Origin: Candidatus Spongiisociaceae bacterium
GTDB taxonomy: Bacteria; Actinomycetota; Acidimicrobiia; Spongiisociales; Spongiisociaceae
Direction of reading: 5' to 3'
Assembly (NCBI GenBank): GCA_965243835.1
Contig: OZ251578.1
Coordinates: 1,760,303 to 1,824,302, forward strand
Length of the DNA: 64,000 nt
Notes under the pieces: model-generated
Told to the model about the DNA's origin: nothing
Database searches by the model: none
The model's input: only the letters and a program-made list of their open reading frames with translations
Shown here: positions 28,190 to 37,858 of the stretch, one piece after another
How the letters are laid out: each line of letters starts with the position of its first letter
Numbering within the stretch: position 1 is the first letter of the stretch
Made by a program: the position numbers and the translations under genes

Positions 28190-30188
28190 GTTAATGCTCC
28201 ATTCATAAGGGGGCGTTTGCTCCTGCTTTCCCGTTTTCGCACCGGGACCTACCCCGGACTTTACCGGCTGATTATGCCACCCCCGGCGGGCGGCGAACCG
28301 GCGCGGCGCGGTATCCGCGCACCGCCGCCCTTTGCCAGCCATAAAATCCACCGGGCCGGTAACGCCGCCGCATCGCAGAACCCGCACCGGATTAACAAAA
28401 GCCCGCCCGCCCCCGCCGGGCGAATCGGGGCCGGCCAGCTCCCGGTAACGGAACAAACTCTCCCTGACCGTCAAGGCCGACACCGGCGCGCGGCCAGCGA
28501 GCAACCCCCGCCCGGACAGCGAAACCAGGCTACGCGACGTTACGCAACCACCAAGGCGTCCCCATCAACGCGCATAGCCCCGGGCAGAGTCACATAAACA
28601 GTGGCGCAAGCGGGAAAATCCACCGAACCGGTAAAACCGCCGCATCCAAAACCCGCACCGAACTAACAAAAACGCACCGCCCCTCGGCGGGCGAAATCAG
28701 GACCGCACCGCTCCCCCGACAACCCAAACAAACCCTCCCCAACCGGCCACGGCCGACACCAGCGCACGGCTTACGAGTAGGGACCAGCGGGCAACGAACC
28801 CGATTGTACGGACTTACACAACCACCAAGGCATCCACATCAACGCGCATAGCCCCGGGCAAGGTCACCGTACACAGTGGTGCGAGCGGGGAAATCCACCG
28901 GACCGGTAAAACCGCCGCATCCAAAACCCGCACCTAACTAACAAAAACGCACCGCCCCTCGGCGGGCGAATCGGGGCCAGCCGGGCTCCCCGACAACCGG
29001 AACAAACCCTCCCCAACCGGCCAACGCCAACACCGGAGCACGGCCAGCACGCAACCCCCGGCCGGACAGCGAAACCAGGCTACGCGACGTTACGCAACCA
29101 CCAAGGCATCCCCATCAATACGCATCACCCCGGACAAGGTCACGTACACAGTGGTGCGAGCGGGGAAATCCACCGGACCGGTAAAACCGCCGCATCCAAA
29201 ACCCGCACCTAACTAACAAAAACGCACCGCCCCTCGGCGGGCGAATCGGGGCCAGCCGGGCTCCCCGACAACCGGAACAAACCCTCCCCAACCGGCCAAC
29301 GCCAACACCGGAGCACGGCCAGCACGCAACCCCCGGCCGGACAGCGAAACCAGGCTACGCGACGTTACGCAACCACCAAGGCATCCCCATCAATACGCAT
29401 CACCCCGGACAAGGTCACGTACACAGTGTGCGAGCGGGGAAAATCCACCGAACCGGTAAAACCACCGCATCCAAAACCCGCACCGAACTAACAAAAACGC
29501 ACCGCCCCTCGGCGGGCGAATCGGGGCCAGCCGGGCTCCCCGACAACCGGAACAAACCCTCCCCAACCGGCCAACGCCAACACCGGAGCACGGCCAGCAC
29601 GCAACCCCCGGCCGGACAGCGAAACCAGGCTACGCGACGTTACGCAACCACCAAGGCATCCCCATCAACGCGCATAGACCCGGGCAAGGTCACCGTACAC
29701 AGTGGTGCGAGCGGGGGAAATCCACCGAACCGGTAAAACCACCGCATCCAAAACCCGCACCGAACTAACAAAAACGCACCGCCCCTCGGCGGGCGAATCG
29801 GGGCCAGCCGGGCTCCCCGACAACCGGAACAAACCCTCCCCAACCGGCCAACGCCAACACCGGAGCACGGCCAGCACGCAACCCCCGGCCGGACAGCGAA
29901 ACCAGGCTACGCGACGTTACGCAACCACCAAGGCGTCCACTTCAATACGCATCGCCCCGGACAGGGTCACGTACACAGTGTGCGAGCGGGGGAAATCCAC
30001 CGGACCGGTAAAACCGCCGCATCCAAAACCCGCACCGGATAACAAAAGCGCACCGCCCCTCGGCGGGCGAATCGGGGCCGGCCGGCTCCCCGACAACCGG
30101 AACAAACCCTCCCGACCGGCCACGGCCGACACCGGCGCGCGGCCGGCGGGCAACCCACGGCGGGGCGGCTAACCCGGGTTGCGCGGCC
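28190..30188 (-). repeat. tandem array C: 7 decayed direct copies (about 275 bp each) of an internally deleted ridA gene, between the ridA stop and the pgi start
   Basis: ttacgcaaccaccaagg recurs at 28540, 28813, 29090, 29365, 29640, 29916 and 30189 (the genuine ridA 3' end), with periods of 273-277 bp. Units retain ridA-like 3' (TVYVTLPGAMRIEVDALVVA-like) and 5' segments. The units at 29090 and 29365 are near-identical. Confidence 0.9.
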
Positions 30189-30566
30189 TTACATCACCGC
30201 CAAGGCGTCTACTTCAATGCGCATGGCCCCGGGCAGGGTTACGTATACGGTGGTGCGGGCGGGGAACGGCTCGACGAAGAACTCGCGCAGGGCGTCGTTC
30301 ATAGCCGGAAAATCCGCCGGGTCGGTGAGAAACACCCCCAACCGGATCACGTTTTCCGCGCCCGCCCCGGCCGCTTCCAGGACCCGTGCCAGGTTGGCGA
30401 AGGCGCGCCGGGCCTCGGCGGCGAAATCGGGGCCGGCCAGCTCCCCGGTAACCGGATCGAACCCTCCCTGGCCGGCCAGGGCCAGCACCGGCCCCCGGCG
30501 CACGGCCGGCGAGTAGGGACCGGCGGGCGGCGGGGCCTGGTCGGTGAAAGTCGCCTGTTTGTTCAT
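30189..30566 (-). CDS. ridA: RidA/YjgF family reactive-intermediate deaminase
   Basis: RidA motifs (GPYSPAV, NVIRLGVFL, TVYVTLPGAMRIEVDA); start taken at MNKQATF (30566). A longer alternative starting at 30611 overlaps the upstream gene. Confidence 0.8.
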   Translation of the reverse strand: MNKQATFTDQAPPPAGPYSPAVRRGPVLALAGQGGFDPVTGELAGPDFAAEARRAFANLARVLEAAGAGAENVIRLGVFLTDPADFPAMNDALREFFVEPFPARTTVYVTLPGAMRIEVDALAVM

Positions 30567-30594
30567 GGGAATCGCCTTTCTCTGGGATGGTCGT

Positions 30595-31815
30595 TCATTG
30601 GTCGGCCGCATCGGACAGGGCCTCTTCCAGTCGGGAGGGGGCGATGGGCGGGGACGGCTCCGGGACCAGATCCGTCAACAGGGGCAACTCCCGATAACCG
30701 GAACCGGAGGCGATCAGCGCTGCGTCCTCGTAATCGGCGTCGCCGGACCGGAGGCGCCGCAGTCCGGCCGCCACCGCCCCGCTGGCCGGCTCCACGATCA
30801 CTCCGGCCCGGGCGGCCAGCCAGCGGGCGCCCTGCACGGCCTCCTCGTCCGTCACGCTGATCACATCCCCCTCCGACTCCCGCACGGCCCGCAAAGCGGA
30901 CGACCCGTCCGGGGGGCGGGCGTGGGCCAACTTGGAAAGCACCGCCTCGCCCTGGCTCCCCCCGCGGTCGATGAAAGGAATGTCCCGCTGTTCGGTTATC
31001 CCCCGCCGGTGGGCCACCTCCAGCGAATTCCATTCCCGGGGCACCACCCCCACCATGCGGGGAATGCGATCCGTCACCCCCCGCTCCCGCAAGGCGACGA
31101 AGCCGTCGTGCATGCCGCTCAAAGTGCCGCCTCCCCCCACCGCCGTGATCACCGTCCCCGGGGCCCGCCCCAGCTGCTCGCAGATTTCAAAGGAGATGGT
31201 TTTCGGTCCTTCCGCCTGATGGGAGTTGTGCGGAATGGCGGTGCTGGCGTGGTAGAAGCCCAGCTTTTGGGCCAGGTTTTCCACGCGCTCCAACAGCCGG
31301 TCGATCTGCTCGTCCACCGCCACCACCGCCGAGCCGTGCAGGAGCAGGGGAACCATCCGGTAGCGGGGCTGGACTCCGCTCATCAACACGATGCTGCGAA
31401 TCCCGCACCGGGCGGCGCAGGCGGCATGGGAAATGCCGGTGCTGCCCGCGGACACGATCAGGGAAACGGACGCCCCCGACAGTTGCGCATGCCGCATGGC
31501 GATGGCCAGTTGGCGGTCCTTGTGGGAGCCGGTTCCGTTGCGGGTTTCGTCCTTCACCCACACCCGGCCGGGCGCCCCCGGAACCGACAGCAGGGGCGTG
31601 CCCCCGGCGGGCAGATCCACCCGGTCCGCGGCGGGAGGCGGCAGGGGCAACAGGTTCCGGTAACGGTCCACGCCGAAAGCCCCCTCCCGGGCCAGGGGGG
31701 CTTCTCCGCTGAATATAAAGCGGGGCGTTCCTCCGCATTCGGGGCAGAAGCGCCGCTCTTCGGGAAGCGGGGCGGCGCATTCCCGGCAGACGGCCCGGAA
31801 AAGAGGGGAGGTCAT
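30595..31815 (-). CDS. PLP-dependent enzyme of the threonine-synthase-like (PALP) family with N-terminal zinc ribbon
   Basis: N-terminal CRECAAPL..CPECGG ribbon; PLP-lysine region WVKDETRNGTGSHKDRQ; glycine loop GGGGTLSG. Start ATG at 31815 (MTSPLFRAV) with GAGGGGAG RBS. Confidence 0.6.
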   Translation of the reverse strand: MTSPLFRAVCRECAAPLPEERRFCPECGGTPRFIFSGEAPLAREGAFGVDRYRNLLPLPPPAADRVDLPAGGTPLLSVPGAPGRVWVKDETRNGTGSHKDRQLAIAMRHAQLSGASVSLIVSAGSTGISHAACAARCGIRSIVLMSGVQPRYRMVPLLLHGSAVVAVDEQIDRLLERVENLAQKLGFYHASTAIPHNSHQAEGPKTISFEICEQLGRAPGTVITAVGGGGTLSGMHDGFVALRERGVTDRIPRMVGVVPREWNSLEVAHRRGITEQRDIPFIDRGGSQGEAVLSKLAHARPPDGSSALRAVRESEGDVISVTDEEAVQGARWLAARAGVIVEPASGAVAAGLRRLRSGDADYEDAALIASGSGYRELPLLTDLVPEPSPPIAPSRLEEALSDAADQ

Positions 31816-32672
31816 CCTTTCACCCCTCCCCCGGTCAGGCCCCGCACCAGGTTCTTCTGCGCGATGAGCGCAAAAGCCAAAGGCGGAATGATGATCAGGG
31901 CGGCGATGGCCGCCATCGGGCCCCACAGCACGCCCTTGTCGGTGATGAACGCGGCCACCGTGACCGACAGCACTTTCGCCCCCTCCCGGGTGGTGGAAGC
32001 CGCGATCAGGAACTCGTTCCAAGACAGGAAGGCGCTCAGGATGGCGGCGGCGGCGATGCCCGGGGCCACCAGCGGAATCTGCACCCGCACCAGCCGTTGC
32101 CACAGGCCCGCCCCGTCCACGATGGCCGCCTCGTCGAACTCGGACGGAACCTGCCGGAACGAGGTGTGCATGAGCCAGGTGGTCAAAGGCAGGGTCAAGC
32201 CGAGATGACCGAGGATGATGGCCAGGCGGGTGTCCAACTGCCCCAACTCCCGCATCGCTAAAAACCAGGGGACGATGGAAGCGATGCGGGGATAGAACCG
32301 GACGAAGAGCAACACGCCCACGAAGAAAATGACCACCCGCGGCGACACGGACAGCCGATGCAAGGCGTACCCGCCCGGAACCCCGAACAGCAGGGAAACA
32401 GCGATCACCGCCGTCGTCACCACCAGGCTGTTGGTCGCCACCCGCAACGCGTCGAAGTCGTTGAAGGCGATGCGGAAGTTTTCCAGGGTGACGGAGCGGG
32501 GCAGGAGCCGGGGCGGTATTTCCAGAAAGGCGTTGGCGGGCTTGAGGCTGGTCAGCAACAGGAAAAACAAGGGGGTCAAAGCCCAAACCAGCGCAATCGC
32601 GATGATCGCCCACCTGATCCACCGGGTGCGCGAACGGCGCCGCGGCGGGGCCGGAGCGGGGAGGGCCGTCAC
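31812..32672 (-). CDS. carbohydrate ABC transporter permease (MalG-like)
   Basis: EAA loop (EAAIVDGAGLWQRL), 6 TM; GTG start overlapping upstream stop as GTGA at 32669-32672. Confidence 0.7.
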   Translation of the reverse strand: MTALPAPAPPRRRSRTRWIRWAIIAIALVWALTPLFFLLLTSLKPANAFLEIPPRLLPRSVTLENFRIAFNDFDALRVATNSLVVTTAVIAVSLLFGVPGGYALHRLSVSPRVVIFFVGVLLFVRFYPRIASIVPWFLAMRELGQLDTRLAIILGHLGLTLPLTTWLMHTSFRQVPSEFDEAAIVDGAGLWQRLVRVQIPLVAPGIAAAAILSAFLSWNEFLIAASTTREGAKVLSVTVAAFITDKGVLWGPMAAIAALIIIPPLAFALIAQKNLVRGLTGGGVKG

Positions 32673-33595
32673 AGTTGGGCCTTGGTCTGGGAGCGCACCA
32701 TGGCGGTGGAGACCACCACCGCCACCGCCATGAACAACAGCGAAGCGGCGGAGGCCCGTCCCAGGTCGAAGTTGCGCAAACCCAGGGAGTAAATGTAGTA
32801 GGGCAGGGTGAATGTGGCCCAGCCCGGACCGCCCCGGGTCAGCGAAATTATCACATCCAGGCTGATCAGGGACTCCAGGGTGCGGAACAGCACAATCAGC
32901 AGAATCACCGATTTCATAATCGGGAACTCCACCAGGCGCACCCTCTGCCAGGGAGAAGCCCCGTCCACTTTGGCCGCTTCCCGAATGTCGTCCGGGATGC
33001 CGGTCAGACCGGCCGCGGCCAGCAACAGGACGAAGGGCGTCCACTCCCAAATCTCCACCGCGATCACCGAAACCAGGGCCCAGCCCGGATCGCCCAGCCA
33101 CACCGGGCCTTTAATCCCCAGCGGGGCCAGCAGGAAATTGTTGACGGGACCGGCCTGCACGTTGAGCATCAGGCGCCACACGATGCCCACCGCCACCGGG
33201 GCGATCACCATGGGGGCCAGCAGGGCGGTGCGTATCCAGCGGGAAGCCGACACCTCCAGGGTGGCGTAGGCCAAGCCCACCCCGATCAGCAACTGCAACG
33301 GAACCGAAACCCCGGTGATGACGGCGGTGTTGCGCACCGACCTCCAAAAAATGGGGTCGGAAAGCACCGCCCCGAAATTGTCCGCCCCCACCCAGCCCTC
33401 CGACTGCTGACTTTGGGTTAGGACCCAGTCCTGGCCGGCCAACAGCGCCGTCCAGACCAGCAACCCCATCTGGGCGGCCACCACCGCTATCACCGGCGCC
33501 AGGAACAGCCACAGACCCGTCTGCGGGTCGCGGCGGCCGGACAGCCGGGAAGGCCCCGGGAATCCCCACCTTCCCGGGGCCGTTCCCATCGTCAC
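32669..33595 (-). CDS. carbohydrate ABC transporter permease (MalF-like)
   Basis: EAA loop (EAAKVDGASPWQRV), 6 TM. Confidence 0.7.
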   Translation of the reverse strand: MTMGTAPGRWGFPGPSRLSGRRDPQTGLWLFLAPVIAVVAAQMGLLVWTALLAGQDWVLTQSQQSEGWVGADNFGAVLSDPIFWRSVRNTAVITGVSVPLQLLIGVGLAYATLEVSASRWIRTALLAPMVIAPVAVGIVWRLMLNVQAGPVNNFLLAPLGIKGPVWLGDPGWALVSVIAVEIWEWTPFVLLLAAAGLTGIPDDIREAAKVDGASPWQRVRLVEFPIMKSVILLIVLFRTLESLISLDVIISLTRGGPGWATFTLPYYIYSLGLRNFDLGRASAASLLFMAVAVVVSTAMVRSQTKAQL

Positions 33596-33641
33596 CAGGG
33601 GCCCCCGGCGCGCTCAGCCGGCGGAACCGCAGCGGCGCGGG

Positions 33642-34907
33642 TCAGGCTTGCTGCATGCCCAGGGCGGCCGCCTCGTCCACCGCCGCCTGCGGCGGATCCA
33701 GGGGGCCCCATCCTTCGTGCCAACTGTCCACCACCTGCTCCGGGCTGAGGGCGCCGGTGAGCATCTCCCCCACCGCCCGGAAAGCCACCTCGAAGGCCGG
33801 GAAGGTCCACGGCACGTTGATGGCCTGCGCCAGGTTGGCCGCCTGCGTCGGGTAGTCATGGCCGTTGGCGGCCAGCGCGTCCGGGTCGGAGTAGGTGCCG
33901 GAAAAGGGCGACCCGATTCCGTATTCGACCATGTTGGCGGCGGAGTTCTCCGGGTTGATGTACGCCTTGATCCACTCGTACACCAGCTCCGGGTTGTCGG
34001 AAGTGGAGGCGATGGACGCGTTCCACAAGCTCAGCCAGGGCCGTCCCGGTCCGGGCAGCGAACCCAGCGCCCATTGTCCGGGAAGGGACTCGTTGGCCGC
34101 CGCCCGGTTGAAACTCGGCCAGCCGATCATCACCGCCGCCCCGCCCGAGTTGAACAGCGCATTGGCTTCGTCGATGCTGAGTGCCACCGCCCCCTCCGGG
34201 GCGTAGTCCAGGGTGCGTTGCAGAACCTGCAAGGCGGCCACGGCCGGCCCCCGGTCCACCCCGTAGCGGCCGGCGGAATCCACCATCCAGCTGTCGTAGG
34301 CGGCCAACCAGATGGCCGGGGTCTGCTCCACCGCCCCGTAGGCGAACACGAACGGGCTCATTCCGGCCGGCAGGGAGGGTCCCAGGGCGTCCAAGGCGGC
34401 GAAGAACTGGTCCCAGTTGGCCCAGTTCGGGGAGACGCCCGCCTGCTCGAATATATCGGTGCGGTAGAACAGCCCGTAGGCGTCCACCGCGTAGGGAATG
34501 CCGACGATGTCGTCCCCGTTGTAGGCCGCCCGGCCCGGTTCCAGCAATTCGGGTATGAAACCGGGGAAATCCTCCGCCGAGTACAAGTCGCCCAGGGAAC
34601 GCAACTGCGGGAACTGGTCGGCAATCCAGGAGGTGGACGAAATCAAGTCGAACTGGCCGGTGCCGGTGGCCAAGTCGGTCACGTAGGACTGGGTCAGAAC
34701 CTCGAACGGCTGGGCCACCACCTCGATAGTGGCCCCGGTCTCCTCCTGGAAGGAATCAACCAGGTCCCGGGCCGCGTTGTCGTAGGTGCCCGACTGCATG
34801 TAGCTGACCACGATCTCCTGGCCCTCGAAGCCGTCGTCGCCTCCGCAGGCGGCGGCCGCCAAAGCCAGGACGGCTGCGGCCGCAGCCATCTTCCTGAATA
34901 AGCTCAT
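33642..34907 (-). CDS. ABC transporter extracellular solute-binding protein (family 1, sugar)
   Basis: Signal/lipobox-like N-terminus (LALAAAACGG), SBP_bac_1-type length and composition; heads the permease operon. Confidence 0.7.
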   Translation of the reverse strand: MSLFRKMAAAAAVLALAAAACGGDDGFEGQEIVVSYMQSGTYDNAARDLVDSFQEETGATIEVVAQPFEVLTQSYVTDLATGTGQFDLISSTSWIADQFPQLRSLGDLYSAEDFPGFIPELLEPGRAAYNGDDIVGIPYAVDAYGLFYRTDIFEQAGVSPNWANWDQFFAALDALGPSLPAGMSPFVFAYGAVEQTPAIWLAAYDSWMVDSAGRYGVDRGPAVAALQVLQRTLDYAPEGAVALSIDEANALFNSGGAAVMIGWPSFNRAAANESLPGQWALGSLPGPGRPWLSLWNASIASTSDNPELVYEWIKAYINPENSAANMVEYGIGSPFSGTYSDPDALAANGHDYPTQAANLAQAINVPWTFPAFEVAFRAVGEMLTGALSPEQVVDSWHEGWGPLDPPQAAVDEAAALGMQQA

Positions 34908-35101
34908 TGCCTCTCTCCTCTCCTTGGACGCAAATCGCTACCGGCCGCCCGGGCTTCATCGCCCTCCGGCGGCTCTTGTATCCACCCTAACCGCATCCGG
35001 GAAGGCCAAGTCGGCGAAACCGCTAAAAATCGGGCGGAAAAGCCGAGCGGCCGCGCAGGGCGTATTGCGGGAGCCCGGACCGCTGGGTGGGGACGGTTGC
35101 T

Positions 35102-35851
35102 TTAGGTGAGGCTCTCCGGCAACAGCAGGGAACGAAACGCGGCGGCGGCCGCCCCGATATGCTCGGCTCCGTCGCTCATGGCCAGCGCCCCGTGTCCGGG
35201 GAGCAGGGCGTCCACCGGCCGCCGGGCCAGGTCGGCGATGGTGGAGCGGTATTCGTCCAGGGAGCAATCCGGGGTGTTGAGAAGGGCGATGCGTCCGCCG
35301 TGGAACACGCAGTCGCCGGTGAAAAGGTAGTTTCCGGCCCGGCCCGGGACCGCGAACACCGCGTGTCCGGCGCAGTGGCCGGGGGCGGGGACGGCCTCCG
35401 CCGTCGTCTCCCCGAACTGAAAGGGGCCGTAGCCGAGGGCGTCGTCCAAGCCCGGAACGGGACGGAAGCAATAGTCGTCCGGGTAGAGGCCGCCCGCTTG
35501 GGCCAAGGCGAAACCGGTGGCCTCCGTATCCCCGACGGCCAGCGCGGCCCGCGTTTCGGCTCCGGCCACCACCGTGGCCGGGACCCGGTCCAGCCAGGAA
35601 CGCAACCCGCCGCAGTGGTCGATGTGATAGTGGGTCAAGGCGATGTGCGTGATGCGCTCCGGGTCCAGCCCGTCCGCCCGCAGGTTGCGCCAGATGGCGT
35701 CCAAGCCTCCCTCGTGGTCCATCCCGCAGTCCACCAGCAGGATGTCTCCCCCGGAGACCAGGGCGTAAACATGGCTGTCCTGGGCGGTGGACAGTCCGAA
35801 CCCGTTGAAGGCGCCGCCCCCCACCAGAAACAGATCTTCGGCCAGTCGCAT
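35102..35851 (-). CDS. MBL-fold metallo-hydrolase
   Basis: HxHxDH motif (THYHIDHCGG) plus downstream His/Asp ligands. Confidence 0.8.
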   Translation of the reverse strand: MRLAEDLFLVGGGAFNGFGLSTAQDSHVYALVSGGDILLVDCGMDHEGGLDAIWRNLRADGLDPERITHIALTHYHIDHCGGLRSWLDRVPATVVAGAETRAALAVGDTEATGFALAQAGGLYPDDYCFRPVPGLDDALGYGPFQFGETTAEAVPAPGHCAGHAVFAVPGRAGNYLFTGDCVFHGGRIALLNTPDCSLDEYRSTIADLARRPVDALLPGHGALAMSDGAEHIGAAAAAFRSLLLPESLT

Positions 35852-35966
35852 ATCCCGCCTCCCTCCTCGCAGGTTCTCCCCGGAGCATTAACATTAGCCC
35901 CGTCCCGTTGGCCGCACCGCACTCCCCCGCCGGAAGGGGGCGGCTCCGCCGCGGTTGCGTCCGGGG

Positions 35967-36704
35967 TCAATCCACCCTGGCGTAGGCCAGGAAACCGCCG
36001 TCCACCGCCAGCGTGCACCCGGTGATGTAAGAAGCGGCCGGGGACAGCAGGAAAGCGACCGCGGCCGCGACTTCCTCCGGGCGGCCGGGACGGCCCAGCG
36101 GAACGTTTCGGCGAATAGCGGCGTCGGCCTCCGGCTCCGAATAAACCTCTTGATAGGCCTCGGTGGCGATCGGGCCGGGGGCGACGGCGTTCACCAAAAT
36201 GTCATACGGGGCCAGGTCCACCGCGGCCGCCCTGGTCAAAGCGGCCAACCCCCCTTTGGACGCCACGTAGGAGGCGGCACCCGCCTGGGCGGCCAGGGAG
36301 TTTACGGAGGCGATGTTCACGATCCGCCCTCCCGCCCCGGCCGCCGTCATCAACCGGGCGGCGGCGCGCATCAGCCGGAAACCGCCGGTCAGGTTCACGG
36401 CCAGGGTTTCCTCCCACACCCCGGTCTCCGTTTCGTGAAGGGGCTGGCCGAGGGAGACGGCGGCGTTGTTGACCAGACCGTAGATTCCGCCGCCGTCGCG
36501 GCCGACCCGCTCCGCCGCCTCCTCCGTCGCATCCCCGTCCCGCAAGTCCACTTCCCGCATCTCATATTCCCGGTCATTGCGGGGCGGGATAACGTCCCAG
36601 CCGACCACTGCGGCCCGGAGGCCGGCCAGGTAGTCGGCGATGGCCGCCCCCAAGCCGCGGGCGGCCCCGGTTACGATCACGGTTTTCCCGGCCAGTCCCT
36701 CCAT
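35967..36704 (-). CDS. SDR-family oxidoreductase (3-oxoacyl-ACP-reductase-like)
   Basis: TGAARGLGAAIA cofactor motif, NAAV, catalytic YVASKGG. Confidence 0.8.
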   Translation of the reverse strand: MEGLAGKTVIVTGAARGLGAAIADYLAGLRAAVVGWDVIPPRNDREYEMREVDLRDGDATEEAAERVGRDGGGIYGLVNNAAVSLGQPLHETETGVWEETLAVNLTGGFRLMRAAARLMTAAGAGGRIVNIASVNSLAAQAGAASYVASKGGLAALTRAAAVDLAPYDILVNAVAPGPIATEAYQEVYSEPEADAAIRRNVPLGRPGRPEEVAAAVAFLLSPAASYITGCTLAVDGGFLAYARVD

Positions 36705-36781
36705 TGTCTTTCACCCTACCCGGCCCGGCGGGCGGACTTCCCGGGAGTTTCGGTTTGACCGTTCCGACCGCCCGATTTGAC

Positions 36782-36801
36782 TACCGAACGTATGTTCGGG
36801 T
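36782..36801. promoter_or_regulatory. LexA SOS box (TACCGAACGTATGTTCGGGTA), 17 bp upstream of the radical-SAM gene
   Basis: Perfect CGAACGTATGTTCG palindrome matching the Gram-positive/actinobacterial LexA consensus GAAC-N4-GTTC; an identical core is upstream of recA at 54988-55001. Confidence 0.65.
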
Positions 36802-36814
36802 AGAATTGGGGGCT

Positions 36815-37831
36815 ATGAGCGAACTTCGTTGGAAAACCGCAGGACGGGGGGAAGACCCGCCCGCCTTGTTCGATATGGTGGTGGAGAGGCGCATCGGGCG
36901 GGGGGCCTACCGGGGTTTGGAGTTTCTGCATGTGGAGTCCAAAACCCTGATCAACCGGGTTCCCAACAACCGGATGTTCCCCTTTGAATACACCATCAAC
37001 GCCTACCGGGGGTGCAGTCACGCCTGCGTCTACTGCTTCGCCCGCCCCACCCACGACTATCTGGGGCTGGGCATCGGCGAAGATTTCGACACCCGGATCG
37101 TGGTGAAAATCAACGCCCCGGAACTGATCCGGCGGGAAACCGAACCCCGCCGCTGGCCGGGGCATCCCATCGCCATGGGCACCAACACCGACCCTTATCA
37201 GCCGGCGGAAGGCAAATACAAACTGACCCGGAGCATCGTGGAGGCGTTGGCGGAGCGGCGCAACCCGTTCACCATTTTGACCAAATCGCCGCTGGTGTTG
37301 CGGGACCTGGACCTGTTGCGGGAAGCGGCCGCCCGCGCTGAAGTGGGCGTCAACCTGTCCGTCCCCACTCTGGACCCGGAGGTGTGGGCCGCCTCCGAGC
37401 CGGGAACCGCCCATCCCCGCAAACGGCTGGACGCGGTGGCCCGTCTGAACGAGGCCGGGGTGCCCTCCGGGGTGCTGATGATGCCCATTTTGCCCGGCCT
37501 GTCCGACGGGCCGGAACAGATCGAGGAGGTGGTGGCCGGGGCGGCCGCGGCCGGAGCCCGCTTCATCGCCGGTTCCTACCTGCATCTGCGCGGCCCGCTG
37601 AAACGGCACTATTTGGACTGGGTGGGCGATGAGCGCCCGGATCTGCTGGCCCGCTACCAGCGTTTCTACCGCCGGGGGGCCTACGCCCCCGCCCCGGCCC
37701 GCAAACGACTGGGCGGCCTGGTAAACCGCATAATCGACAAACACTTCGGCCGCCGCCCCCGCCCGGCCGGGGCGTCCCCGACCGCCGCCCCCCTCCCGGC
37801 CTCCCCCGTCCAAACCCCCCTCCCCATCTAG
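36815..37831 (+). CDS. radical SAM protein of the SplB/Rv2578c-like (DNA-repair photolyase-like) family
   Basis: CSHACVYC (CxxxCxxC) cluster and family-typical blocks; start ATG 36815 (MSELRWK). An SOS box immediately upstream supports a DNA-damage role. Confidence 0.7.
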   Translation: MSELRWKTAGRGEDPPALFDMVVERRIGRGAYRGLEFLHVESKTLINRVPNNRMFPFEYTINAYRGCSHACVYCFARPTHDYLGLGIGEDFDTRIVVKINAPELIRRETEPRRWPGHPIAMGTNTDPYQPAEGKYKLTRSIVEALAERRNPFTILTKSPLVLRDLDLLREAAARAEVGVNLSVPTLDPEVWAASEPGTAHPRKRLDAVARLNEAGVPSGVLMMPILPGLSDGPEQIEEVVAGAAAAGARFIAGSYLHLRGPLKRHYLDWVGDERPDLLARYQRFYRRGAYAPAPARKRLGGLVNRIIDKHFGRRPRPAGASPTAAPLPASPVQTPLPI

Positions 37832-37858
37832 CCGGCCCCGCCGGTTTTAGATTCAGGT

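Noticed and set aside
28189-28504. N-terminal 105-aa extension of the PGI ORF as given in the ORF track (26540-28504)
   Set aside because: The extension runs into repeat array C. Canonical PGI homology begins at MSATVSYALADL (ATG 28188), so the start was moved there.
6857-30188. Possibility that the repeat arrays A-D are CRISPR arrays
   Set aside because: Units are 275-445 bp with no short conserved direct repeat alternating with unique spacers. No cas genes are present. The units are homologous along their full length.
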